Assembly: GCA_045656985.1 (NCBI GenBank)
Contig: JAZOSH010000076.1
Coordinates: forward strand, 1-55,292
Direction of reading: 5' to 3'
Source of the DNA: Eubacteriales bacterium
GTDB lineage: Bacteria; Bacillota; Clostridia; Oscillospirales; CAG-272
Length of the DNA stretch: 55,292 bases
Below are positions 36,846-46,775 of this stretch, piece by piece. A program made the translations under genes and the position numbers. Each line of letters starts with the position of its first letter. The stretch's first letter is position 1. Below the pieces are notes generated by a model. It was not told where the DNA came from. It made no database searches and saw only the letters and a program-made list of their open reading frames with translations.

Positions 36846-37529
36846 TTACGGCTCGCCCTCACGCCATGTTTCGGGGTCAAACGAGGGATACTGTAGCCAG
36901 CTTCCTGTAATTCTGTTGTCATACCACGCGGAATTTGCATAACCAACCTTCGTTGATACCGCCTCATAGTGTCCCTCCGAATTTTTCTGAAGCACAGTTT
37001 GGTATATCGGATATATCGGCTTACCTATGGGCGTCACGGGATTACCGGTATCACCAAGCTCTTCGCTTGTTGTGTAGAGATAATATGTATCTGAAACTCC
37101 GTCGGGGAAGTAAAGAATAAAGGAAACATTTGCCGTATTTGTATTAAAGTAATTATTTATGTCACTGCTTTCCCAGAAGTCCATACTTCCAAGAGTGTCT
37201 GATGACGAGAACCAACCTGCGTTTGAACGGTCCTCAATCTCATTGTTGATATACGAATCCGGAGAATTAAGACCGAGCTCGGTAACAGAGCCGTTGCTGT
37301 TCGTTTTTTTACCGTTAAGGATGTTTTCAATAAGCATCCTGTGGTTTTCACCCAGCTGGTTGTCATCGGGAAGCACATCGGAGCCCTCCCAAGGGAATAT
37401 GTTAAGTGAGAGATGCGTGAAGGAGTGCGTTGCCTCTCCGTTGGCGTAATCCCAAGTTGCCAGCGTGCCTCCTATCGTGAGCGACAGCGCAAGGATAAGC
37501 AGAATGAGCAAAAGAATAGTCCTTCTCAT
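36846..37529 (-). CDS. Secreted protein with SipW-type signal peptide
   Basis: MRR-hydrophobic-IGGTLA|TWDY N-terminus. Confidence 0.6.
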   Translation of the reverse strand: MRRTILLLILLILALSLTIGGTLATWDYANGEATHSFTHLSLNIFPWEGSDVLPDDNQLGENHRMLIENILNGKKTNSNGSVTELGLNSPDSYINNEIEDRSNAGWFSSSDTLGSMDFWESSDINNYFNTNTANVSFILYFPDGVSDTYYLYTTSEELGDTGNPVTPIGKPIYPIYQTVLQKNSEGHYEAVSTKVGYANSAWYDNRITGSWLQYPSFDPETWREGEP

Positions 37530-37537
37530 AGTGCGCC

Positions 37538-38392
37538 TTATTCCTCTTCATCGGCCGATATGTCGTCGGCGGATGGCTCTGTGTCGGTGGATTCTTCGGA
37601 CAATTTCGTCTCGGGCTCAACGATGCCAAGCTCAATGAGTCTTATGTTCTTTTCTTTAGCAAGACTTTTCTCAATAATGGGAATAGCCACGAGTGCGAAC
37701 AATACCAGCAGTATGCAGAGATAGCCCGCAGGGGACTGCATAAAGGATACAAAGCTTCCTGCGAAGGGAATTCTCTGTCCCGTATATATGCCACGCATCT
37801 GGCTGTAGTAAACAGGCAGGGTGTCGGGGTAGCCAACGGCATCTCCCTGAAGCGTGAATTTGCGGCAGTCGGGGTGGTATATATTCGGCTCCTCTATCGC
37901 TACTATTCTGTGTATGATAAACTCGCCCTCGTACTCGTACATTACGATGTCATAGAGCTCAAGCTCATATTCATGGGGAATGTGGTGGGTAACGATTATA
38001 TCAAAGGTCTGTATCTGGTCTGTAAGACCGTTTTCCTGAATGTATGTGTTTTTATCGTGCGCATAGGACATAGAAGCGCTCTGTACCACCTTCAGTGACG
38101 GAATGCCATTCGGTGACTTGTATTCTGTCGCGTTCATATAAAGCGAGAAGATAAAGACGGCGCAAACTATAAGCAGCAAAGCCGCCGAAGCTATTTTGTC
38201 AACTATCTTGAGTGCTTTAGAGCTCTGCTTGTCCTTGAGATATTCAGTTGTTATCCTGTCATCCTCTGCTCCAAGCTGTATGAGTCTCTTGTACAACCTG
38301 TAAATATATGCAAGCATTGTCGTGCACAGTGCAGTAAGCAGTGTAAACACTATAAAGCAAAGGACAAAGACATATATTTCAAAATGTGACAT
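37538..38392 (-). CDS. SipW-like (S26B/ER-type) signal peptidase
   Basis: VVQSASMS (Ser), IIHRIV (His), LQGDA; flanking TM segments. Confidence 0.7.
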   Translation of the reverse strand: MSHFEIYVFVLCFIVFTLLTALCTTMLAYIYRLYKRLIQLGAEDDRITTEYLKDKQSSKALKIVDKIASAALLLIVCAVFIFSLYMNATEYKSPNGIPSLKVVQSASMSYAHDKNTYIQENGLTDQIQTFDIIVTHHIPHEYELELYDIVMYEYEGEFIIHRIVAIEEPNIYHPDCRKFTLQGDAVGYPDTLPVYYSQMRGIYTGQRIPFAGSFVSFMQSPAGYLCILLVLFALVAIPIIEKSLAKEKNIRLIELGIVEPETKLSEESTDTEPSADDISADEEE

Positions 38393-38467
38393 TATTGCCT
38401 CGCTTGATTACGGCTTTAGCGCCCAAAGGAGATTGGGCGCTAAAGCGATATCTGTTATTCAGTAAAA

Positions 38468-39016
38468 TTACGGAGTGGTAGTAGTCTCGCTTACAACGAT
38501 TGCAATGGAGCCCGAGTGGAGCGAAGACTTGAATGCGGTATACTCATCGGGAGTAGAAAGTGTGATAGTTCCGTTGAGCGAAATGAGGTTTGCAAGCTCT
38601 GCTCCGGTAATGGTTACAGTGTTAGTAGCAGTGCCGCTGTTGAGTACTTGAGTGGTTGTATCTATAACAAAGATAGGTTTGCTGTTATAGTTCCAGTTAT
38701 CTGTCAAAGAAAGAGTATACTGCATGGGGATCTGTGCAACATCTGCTGCGGGAGTGTACTTAAAGGTGATCTCGCCTGTAATTATAAGCTCTGCAACATG
38801 GTTGTTGTCTGCGTCGTCAATAGTGATAGCAAGTGTGTTGCTGTCAACAGTGATCTTACCCTTTGCAAGACCTTCCACCTTTTCGGTGATCTTGGTCACC
38901 TCGTCAAGATAAGCCTCGCCCTTGGTAGCCGTTCCGTTTGCGTAGTTCCATGTAGCATAAACTCCGCCGATGGTGACGATAAGTGCCAAAGCGATAAGAA
39001 TGGTTAATTTTTTCAT
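38468..39016 (-). CDS. Secreted Thr-rich protein with SipW-type signal peptide (candidate fibre subunit)
   Basis: MKK-hydrophobic-IGGVYA|TWNY; hairpin at 38414-38447 after the gene. Confidence 0.6.
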   Translation of the reverse strand: MKKLTILIALALIVTIGGVYATWNYANGTATKGEAYLDEVTKITEKVEGLAKGKITVDSNTLAITIDDADNNHVAELIITGEITFKYTPAADVAQIPMQYTLSLTDNWNYNSKPIFVIDTTTQVLNSGTATNTVTITGAELANLISLNGTITLSTPDEYTAFKSSLHSGSIAIVVSETTTTP

Positions 39017-39225
39017 AGCTGTATAGCCTCCTTGATTGTCTTTTCTATTGGGCGATGCCCTTGTGAATATATTTTAGCACTATTTTTTGTGAAATTCAAT
39101 AGTTTTGTGAATTTTTTTTGCCTATTTTACGAAATAAATTGCACAGTATCTGAAAAATGATCGAAATAAGTTATATTTAAAATAGAGCCCACACTTTTTT
39201 GAAGCATGAGCTCTATATTCTTTCA

Positions 39226-40032
39226 TTATGCAGTTGCCTTTACCGTCCGTTTGTTTTTTATAAAGTAGGGGATATAGGGCAGAGCGTGGATAACGAGGTA
39301 TATGAGGTATACTAAAATTACCGAGAGCCAGTCGGGCGTTGCCGCACCGAGAGGGGCAAAGAAGAAGGACTCAAGCTTGAAGAACATATAGTCCGAGTCA
39401 ATGCGGGAGAAGTTTACAAGATTCGCAAGAATAGAGACCGATAAGGCAGGCATAGCGGGGAGCAGAAGGTCATACCAGCGGTGTGCCTTTTTATAAGTGT
39501 GGTAGCCCGACTTTATCATGACTATAGTACAGAAAACAAGCGAGCCGTGATACAGGAAGGTGTGAAAGCCTGCAAAGGATATGCAAGAATAATTTCCGAG
39601 AATATTTGCAGGATATATGAAGTTGATAGCTCCGCCAAGCAGACCAAGGGAGCAACAATAGCCGCACGCCGCATAGCGCACACGCTCCTTGCCCCAGATA
39701 GCGAAGGGCAAAGCATACATAAAGACACTACAGGGATAGAGAGGAAGAACGCCTGTCCATTCAAAGCTTACTACTGCCCCTGAAAGGGATTCCCATGTTA
39801 TTTTTGATATTTCAAGTATAACGAGCGATATCCATAATACTGCAAGTATCTTGCGAATGGTCTCCTCGCTCCTTTTTGAGACGGCGCGTGCAAGGAATAC
39901 TATCGCCAGCGCGCAAACAATGGCAAAAACGATATGAAGCGGAGAGAAAAGAGTTCCCGCTATCTCGTTGGCAGGCGGAAGAAAATCCTTGTGTGTAAAA
40001 AAGTTTTCAATAAGTCCCGAGAGTGTCGTCAT
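39226..40032 (-). CDS. YwaF/TMEM164-like integral membrane protein
   Basis: LPLYPCS, FHTFLYHG, DYMF motifs; multiple TM segments. Confidence 0.7.
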   Translation of the reverse strand: MTTLSGLIENFFTHKDFLPPANEIAGTLFSPLHIVFAIVCALAIVFLARAVSKRSEETIRKILAVLWISLVILEISKITWESLSGAVVSFEWTGVLPLYPCSVFMYALPFAIWGKERVRYAACGYCCSLGLLGGAINFIYPANILGNYSCISFAGFHTFLYHGSLVFCTIVMIKSGYHTYKKAHRWYDLLLPAMPALSVSILANLVNFSRIDSDYMFFKLESFFFAPLGAATPDWLSVILVYLIYLVIHALPYIPYFIKNKRTVKATA

Positions 40033-40122
40033 TATGTCACTTCCTTTTCTGAAACAGTATTGTAAAAATTATGATAGCACAAAGCAATGCATCTGTCAAG
40101 TAATGGTGCAAAAAAGAGGGAG

Positions 40123-40809
40123 CTATGCTCCCTCTCGATCGTTAGTAATATCGCCGTTTCCGCTTACCGGAATAACTTCACCGAGATAGGTGGGCTTTGG
40201 CTTTATGAGTGCAAGAGCAAAGTCCTTTACTCTTGCAAGCACCTCTCGCGCATCTCGCACTATCTGCCCCGAGTAGTCGCGAATGTCTGCCGAGACGCCG
40301 TATGCCTCAATTCCCAGAGCCGTTGCGATATACAGGGCTCTTTTCAGGTGATAGCTTTGTGTTACAATAATTATTTTATCAGCACCGAAGATTTCCTTTG
40401 CTCGGTAGATGCTTTCATAGGTTGAAAAACCGGCGTGGTCCATGAAAATGTTCTCTGACGGTACGCCTGCCGTGGTTGCGAATGCTTTCATGGTTCCAAC
40501 CTCGTTATATTCCTTTTGCCCGTGGTCGCCGCTCATCAGAAGCTTCCGAGAGGCAGACGAAAAATAGAGGTCTATTGCCGTTGTCAGTCGGTCGGCAAGC
40601 ATGTCACTTGGTGTTCCGTCGTGCTTTACAAGACAACCCAGCACAAGGATGCAGTCAACATCCTCAAGCTCTGTGGCTTCACTCGGTGTAAGTGTTCTTG
40701 CGTCTCCGTGTGTGACCATGGCTATGTTTATTCCCGCCACCAGCGCACTACCGATAATAACAAGTGAAAGGCAGATGCAAACGAGTGACTTAAATGTTTC
40801 CTTTTTCAT
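40123..40809 (-). CDS. SanA/YdcF (DUF218) family protein
   Basis: ILVLG, LLMSGD, DHAGFSTYES, VTQSYHLKRA. Confidence 0.85.
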   Translation of the reverse strand: MKKETFKSLVCICLSLVIIGSALVAGINIAMVTHGDARTLTPSEATELEDVDCILVLGCLVKHDGTPSDMLADRLTTAIDLYFSSASRKLLMSGDHGQKEYNEVGTMKAFATTAGVPSENIFMDHAGFSTYESIYRAKEIFGADKIIIVTQSYHLKRALYIATALGIEAYGVSADIRDYSGQIVRDAREVLARVKDFALALIKPKPTYLGEVIPVSGNGDITNDREGA

Positions 40810-41452
40810 TTTTATCCTCCTTGTATAGAGCGCGCAGAGCCTTGAAGCGCTCCTTTGTGGCAGAGTCTATTCTGTATGAGTCACAAATTTTTTGTATCGC
40901 GCGTCCTGCTATATTATAGCTGAAGGGCTTTGATGCGAGATAGTCATGCGTTTGTTTTGGTTCATAGACAGCAAGATAGGAAAGAAGCCACGCCTCTGCC
41001 ATGATTACATAATATTCGCTGTCCTCGTGGAAGAGTTGAATGAGGCGCGCGGTTGCACCCTTTTCTTTTACAAGCGTTGGCATAAAGAGGACATAACCCC
41101 AGCGACGCGCAAAGGGAAGGGGGCTTTTTACATATTTTTGCGCTCTTGAAAGTGCTGACCCAAAGCTCGGAGTGCCGCCAAGAAACTGTGTGAGCTGGTC
41201 AACATGCCACCAGTCGTTAAGCTTGTCAAAATTTGCTTCAATAAAATCAAGTCGTGCCTCAACACTGGGCAAGAGGGCAAGCGAGACCTGAAAATATGTG
41301 CGGTGATATTTCTGCTCGTCAAGTATTATAGGGGCAAGGCAGGATACATCTGCGCGGCGCGCGATAAGTCGGCGGTTGAGCCTGTCAAGGTCGGCAGTTT
41401 TATAGCTCATCGGCAGAGCTGAAAATTCCTTTTTTATCTCATCAAGCGTCAC
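40790..41452 (-). CDS. DNA alkylation repair (AlkD-like HEAT-repeat) protein
   Basis: DWWHVD, RRWGYV, YYVIMAEAWLLS, AIQKICDSYRI. Confidence 0.75.
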   Translation of the reverse strand: MTLDEIKKEFSALPMSYKTADLDRLNRRLIARRADVSCLAPIILDEQKYHRTYFQVSLALLPSVEARLDFIEANFDKLNDWWHVDQLTQFLGGTPSFGSALSRAQKYVKSPLPFARRWGYVLFMPTLVKEKGATARLIQLFHEDSEYYVIMAEAWLLSYLAVYEPKQTHDYLASKPFSYNIAGRAIQKICDSYRIDSATKERFKALRALYKEDKNEKGNI

Positions 41453-41684
41453 GGTAGAGCCTCCTTTTTGTATGTAAAATAATTATAACTCATTTGATTG
41501 CTTCTTTCAATGGGGCGAAAAATTTTCGTTGAGTTTACCAAAAGAAAAAGTCACATTTTGGTAAAGTGTACAAAAAAGCTTAAAAGGAGCTAATTCTGTT
41601 TACAAAAAAAAAGTGATGTGGTATAATGATTTGAATGATTATCGCGCTATGAAGCGTAAAAAGCTTATATAAGGAGAAGATAAT

Positions 41685-44189
41685 ATGAAAAAATTTTTAG
41701 CATTGTTGCTCGTACTTCTTTTTCTCGTCTCGGCTATCGGATGTACTCCCAATATGCCCCCTGTTGATAAAGAGTCCGACTCTGATCCCGTAAGTGTTAC
41801 CGATCCCGTTGACAGTGATCCTGCCGACAGCGATCCTGTGGAGAGCGATCCCATTGAGATCAAGGAGGGCGGAATAACTCTTTCTGACGAGTTCAGCTTC
41901 GTTGCCCGCAACGATGATGACAAAATAAAATTTGAGGCTGATTTTACAATGATTTGCGATGTTGATTCAGAATATCTCAGAGTTGACAACGGTATCAATT
42001 ATGTAAGCTATCTCGCTCCTCAGATCGAGGTTGGCGGTGCTGCTGTTATTGAGAATAACGAGCTCTTTCGTCTTCCCTCGTCTGTTGTAAACAGCACCGG
42101 GAATCCTGACATAAAGAAGTATGCTGACAACTCCGCAGGAGCAACCGTTCGCTTCGCTACCACTGCGGGCAGAATAAAGATAAAGGCAAAGTTCTCTGAT
42201 AAGTATACATCGGTTATAACAGCCGGAAGAGGTTCTTACGGTATCGAGGTCTTCGTTGGCTCGGGCACCGACAGACAGTATGTTTACTCAAATGTGCTCC
42301 GTCCAAAGCTCGACGCTATGGCAGATCTTAATTTTGAGAGAGAGTATTCGCTTCCCAGCGGTTACAAGGAAGTGCTTATCCTTCTTCCTCAGGGCGCTAC
42401 CGTTGATTCCTTTGAGATAGGCTTTACAAACATCTATGACGGAATCGCTGTTCCGCTTGAGCGTGACCTTGCTCCCGTTGTATTCTATGGCTCGAAGATC
42501 ACACAGGGTATCTCAGCGACAAAGCCCGGCACATCCTATACAAACCTTGTTTCGCGTATGCTTAATGCAGATGCCATCAACCTCGGCTTTATTGGCGAGG
42601 TAAAGGGCGAGAAGGCCATCGCTGAGTACATCGCAAGCCTTGATGAGATCTCGGCATTTGTTATGGAATTTGATAATGCGGCATCTATTGAGGATCTCAA
42701 GGCTAACCACTATAACTTCTACAAGACAGTAAGAGATGCTCATTCCGACATTCCGATCATCATTATGTCCGACCCCTGCTTCTCTGACAAGCAGATCAAG
42801 GAGGCAACAGAGAGAGTTCAGATAATTTCTGACACATACAACAAGGCTCTTGAGGCGGGCGACACTAATATATACTTCCTTGACGGAAGAAGCTCACTCC
42901 CTTATGCCGGTGACCTTGCAGAGCTTCTTACTACCGATAACGAGTGTCCGAGCGATACAGGTATGTACTTTATCGCAGCTGCGGTATACGACATAATCAA
43001 GAGCGCTTACACTCCCGATTTTGCTAAGAGCGGTGTAGACAGAAAGCCCGGTGACCCCAATTACCTTGAGCTTAACCCCATCGCAGCAGATGATGATGTT
43101 TCGGCATTTTCGTATACAAAGGTTTCAGATATAGATTCTAAGTATGTTGACAGCACCAAAAACGGTGTTACATATCTTAAGTTTAACACACCGCAGTTTG
43201 AGCTTGCCGGAGTTAAGGCTCTCAAGACTCCTAATTCAAAGAGTGACTTCATCCGTATTGAAGAGTCAAGAGCAAATGAGTTCTTCAATACTCTTCTCGA
43301 TGGAGCAAACTACAGATCCCTTGTCTATCAGACATCCGGCGGAACACTTCGTTTCTGCACAAATGCCGATGAGATAGTTATTAAGGCAAAGCTTACCGAC
43401 TGGTCAACAGAGGGCAAGCATATGGCTGCAAGTAACTATGCAAGCTTCAGTGTATATGTTGGAACGGGTACAGAGAGAGAATTCGTTGAAATGGTAAGTG
43501 CTAGCTCGCTTAATGCGACAGTTAAGCTTCCTGAGGGATATAAAGAGGTCATGATCGACTTCCCGCTCTACTCGGGAGTTAAGAATCTCTCTATCGGCTT
43601 TAAGTCTGGTGATGAGATCGCGGCTCCCACAGAGAGAGATATGAAGCAGATCTGCTTCTACGGTTCTTCTATCACTCAGGGTTGTAGCGCATCCCGTTCG
43701 GGTCTCCACTATCCCAATATCGTAACAAGAATGCTCAATGCCGATAACAAGGGTCTCGGATTCTCGGGATCGGCTCGCGGCGAGCAGATCATGGCTGAGT
43801 ATATTGCGTCTCTTGATCTTTCGATCTTCGTAATGGACTATGACGAGAACAGTAGTGCGGCAGAACTCAAACAGAACCACTATAACTTCTATAAGACGAT
43901 TCGTGAAGCTAATCCCGATCTTCCCATCCTTATGCTTACCTGTCCTAAGTTCACAGAGCAGTGGAACTCCGACGATAGTGCAAGAGTAAAGGTTATCCGT
44001 GATACCTACGAGAAGGCGATCAAGGAAGGCGATACAAATATCTATATCTTTGAGGCAAGCGGATACTTCCCGCATCAGTCTACAATGCCCGATATTTATG
44101 CGGCAGACATGATCCATCCGAACACCATGGCTATGTACTACATGGCAAAGGCCGTATATGAGAATATTTGCGATATTCTTGCAGAGTAA
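41685..44189 (+). CDS. Lipoprotein with tandem SGNH/GDSL hydrolase modules
   Basis: Lipobox AIGC; Asp/Pro linker; YGSKITQG and YGSSITQG, LGFSG, DMIHP. Confidence 0.8.
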   Translation: MKKFLALLLVLLFLVSAIGCTPNMPPVDKESDSDPVSVTDPVDSDPADSDPVESDPIEIKEGGITLSDEFSFVARNDDDKIKFEADFTMICDVDSEYLRVDNGINYVSYLAPQIEVGGAAVIENNELFRLPSSVVNSTGNPDIKKYADNSAGATVRFATTAGRIKIKAKFSDKYTSVITAGRGSYGIEVFVGSGTDRQYVYSNVLRPKLDAMADLNFEREYSLPSGYKEVLILLPQGATVDSFEIGFTNIYDGIAVPLERDLAPVVFYGSKITQGISATKPGTSYTNLVSRMLNADAINLGFIGEVKGEKAIAEYIASLDEISAFVMEFDNAASIEDLKANHYNFYKTVRDAHSDIPIIIMSDPCFSDKQIKEATERVQIISDTYNKALEAGDTNIYFLDGRSSLPYAGDLAELLTTDNECPSDTGMYFIAAAVYDIIKSAYTPDFAKSGVDRKPGDPNYLELNPIAADDDVSAFSYTKVSDIDSKYVDSTKNGVTYLKFNTPQFELAGVKALKTPNSKSDFIRIEESRANEFFNTLLDGANYRSLVYQTSGGTLRFCTNADEIVIKAKLTDWSTEGKHMAASNYASFSVYVGTGTEREFVEMVSASSLNATVKLPEGYKEVMIDFPLYSGVKNLSIGFKSGDEIAAPTERDMKQICFYGSSITQGCSASRSGLHYPNIVTRMLNADNKGLGFSGSARGEQIMAEYIASLDLSIFVMDYDENSSAAELKQNHYNFYKTIREANPDLPILMLTCPKFTEQWNSDDSARVKVIRDTYEKAIKEGDTNIYIFEASGYFPHQSTMPDIYAADMIHPNTMAMYYMAKAVYENICDILAE

Positions 44190-44357
44190 TCAAACATTTA
44201 ATGCCGCCCGTGCAAACGGGCGGTATTTTGCTGAATACGATTTTTACAAATATGTTATAATTGCAATATCTCACACTATTTTTGCACATTATGCATTAAA
44301 ATGGTCAAGATGAAATGATATAATGAACTTATCGTACTATATTAAAAGGAGAAAACA

Positions 44358-46733
44358 ATGAAAAGAATTTTAGCATTGCTTTTGAGTGTATTGTTAGTAC
44401 TCTCTCTTGTGGCTTGCGGCGACACAACAGATAATGACGCGGACAGTGACCTGCCGGCGGATAGTGAGAGTGAAAAAGAGAGCTTGAAGGACGAGGAGGA
44501 AACATCTGTGCTTCGAAATAGAATAAAGCTTACGGATAGCTTTTCCTTTGTTGCGAGAAGCGACATTGACATGATAAAAAAAGACGCAGAATTTATAAAG
44601 ATCTCCGATATAGATGAACAATACCTTCGCAAAGAAGACGGATATATTTATGTCAGCTGTGAAGCGCCCGTGTTTGAGGTTATAGATGCCGGCAGAAGCG
44701 GAAGCATTCGGTTTGCTACCACCGCAGACTCAATAGTGGTAAAGGGAAGCTTTACCGATTATTATGTGTCAGCTACCACCGTTGACAGAGCCGTTTTCGG
44801 TGTTGATGTTTACGAGGGCTCGGGAACTGACAGAGTCTGGGTAAACAGAAAGCTCCAGAAATTCACGGGAGCTTCGCTTGCCGAGACCGCAACGCTCGCA
44901 GGCGGCTATAACGAGGTGCTTATAAATCTTCCTGTATTTTCAAAGACAGCTTCTTTTGAGATAGGATTTTTGCATGATTATGACGGAATCGCGCTCCCTT
45001 CTGCGCGCGATCACGCTCCCGTGGTTTTCTTCGGCTCGGAGATAACGCAGGGCGCATCGGCATCCCGACCGGGTGATGCTTATGCAAACCTCGCATCAAG
45101 AATGCTTAATGTTGATGCGATAAATCTCGGCGGGTATGCTGTTGATGAGGCAAAGGAATATATTTCCTCGCTTGGAGAGGTATCTGCCTTTGTTATAGAG
45201 CTTGACAGGGGCTTTGATATTGAGGAGCTTCGCACCGAGCATTATAGCTTTTATGAAGCCGTAAGGGAGAAATATCCCGATGCTCCCATTGTATTTATTA
45301 CCGATCCCGTCTTTACCGAGGCACAGGCAGAGGCGGCAACAGAGAGAGTCGGTATTATAGCAGAAAGCTGTATTCGTGCGGCAGAGGCCGGTGACAATAA
45401 GATATATCTTCTCAACGGCAAGGATATTTTCCCGATGTTCGAAGAGCTTGCAGATCTTGCTACCTCTGACCTTGAAACACCTAATGACCTCGGTCATTAC
45501 TATCTTGCGCTTGCCGTTTACGATATACTTAACAGTGCCTTCACACCCGATTCTGAGAAGCACGGAACAGAGCGTCTTGCAGGTCTTGGCGACAGAATAG
45601 ATTTTGCCAAGAGGAGCGATAACTCGGCTATTATGGAGGGTGAGTATATAAAGGTCAGCGATGTTGACAGTGCTTATGTAAAATCAACACGAAACGGCGT
45701 CACTCTTCTTAACTATGATCTGCCCCAGTTCGAGCTTGGCGGAATAAATGACCCTGCGAATAACGACGGAAAGTTCTACAGACTTGACATAAACAACAGG
45801 GATGCGTATTCAAAGGAAGTGTATGCATGGCAGACTGTAGATGGTCTTGCATATAATACCTCGGGTGGAACTATCCGCTTCCGTACCAATGCCGAGGAAA
45901 TAGTTATCAAGTCTGTAATGAAGCACACAGACCTTTATCCGCATATGAGTGTGCTTGGAGAGTCAGGATTTGATGTTTATGTTGGCACGGGAACAGACAA
46001 GGTGCTTTGCGGCACTGTAGCTGCAAACCGTACTGCAGACAGAAGAACCTTTGAGGGAACCGTGGCGCTTGGTGAGGGATATAAGGAGGTCACTATAGAG
46101 CTTCCGCTTTACAATGGTCCAACATCGCTTATGATAGGCTTTACAGATGAAAATGCCGAGATAGCTGCACCACTCGCGCGCGATTACGATGCTCCCATTG
46201 TATTCTATGCGGGTTCTGTAACACAGGGCTGCGCTGCAACCCGTCCGGGACTTTCTTATCCGAATATGATTTGCCGTATGCTTAATGCCGACTGCAAGAA
46301 CCTTGCCTTCTCGGGCTCGGGACGCGGTGAGCAGATAATGGCTGAATATATAGCATCGCTCGAAATGACGGCATTTGTCAGTGAGTATGATGACAACAGC
46401 TCAATACCCGAGCTTCGCCAGAATCATTATAATTTCTATAAGACGATACGCGAGGCACAGCCCGATCTCCCGATAATCATTCTTTCTCACCCTGTTTACA
46501 CCCGTGTTCCTAATGCGGAGGAAACAGAAAGAGCTGCTATTATCCGTGAGACATACACAAGGGCTATTGCCGAGGGCGATAAGAATGTGTATTTCATTGA
46601 GCCTATGGACTTTTATCCGATGCTCTATATTGCCGATATTCATGCAATAGATTTTGCCCATCCCACAGACACAGGCTTCTATTACATGGCAAAGGCGGTT
46701 TACGAGCTCCTTGATGATATCCTTGCAAAGTAA
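44358..46733 (+). CDS. Paralogous lipoprotein with tandem SGNH/GDSL hydrolase modules
   Basis: Lipobox LVAC; FGSEITQG and YAGSVTQG, LAFSG, DFAHP. Confidence 0.8.
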   Translation: MKRILALLLSVLLVLSLVACGDTTDNDADSDLPADSESEKESLKDEEETSVLRNRIKLTDSFSFVARSDIDMIKKDAEFIKISDIDEQYLRKEDGYIYVSCEAPVFEVIDAGRSGSIRFATTADSIVVKGSFTDYYVSATTVDRAVFGVDVYEGSGTDRVWVNRKLQKFTGASLAETATLAGGYNEVLINLPVFSKTASFEIGFLHDYDGIALPSARDHAPVVFFGSEITQGASASRPGDAYANLASRMLNVDAINLGGYAVDEAKEYISSLGEVSAFVIELDRGFDIEELRTEHYSFYEAVREKYPDAPIVFITDPVFTEAQAEAATERVGIIAESCIRAAEAGDNKIYLLNGKDIFPMFEELADLATSDLETPNDLGHYYLALAVYDILNSAFTPDSEKHGTERLAGLGDRIDFAKRSDNSAIMEGEYIKVSDVDSAYVKSTRNGVTLLNYDLPQFELGGINDPANNDGKFYRLDINNRDAYSKEVYAWQTVDGLAYNTSGGTIRFRTNAEEIVIKSVMKHTDLYPHMSVLGESGFDVYVGTGTDKVLCGTVAANRTADRRTFEGTVALGEGYKEVTIELPLYNGPTSLMIGFTDENAEIAAPLARDYDAPIVFYAGSVTQGCAATRPGLSYPNMICRMLNADCKNLAFSGSGRGEQIMAEYIASLEMTAFVSEYDDNSSIPELRQNHYNFYKTIREAQPDLPIIILSHPVYTRVPNAEETERAAIIRETYTRAIAEGDKNVYFIEPMDFYPMLYIADIHAIDFAHPTDTGFYYMAKAVYELLDDILAK

Positions 46734-46740
46734 ATAATTT

Positions 46741-46775
46741 AAAGGCTTGACTCAAAATGAGTCAAGCCTTTTTTA
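46741..46775. terminator. Bidirectional terminator
   Basis: AAAGGCTTGACTCA-AAA-TGAGTCAAGCCTTTT. Confidence 0.75.

Noticed and set aside
41770-41855. DPVSVTDPVDSDPADSDPVESDP repeat
   Set aside because: Ordinary low-complexity lipoprotein linker
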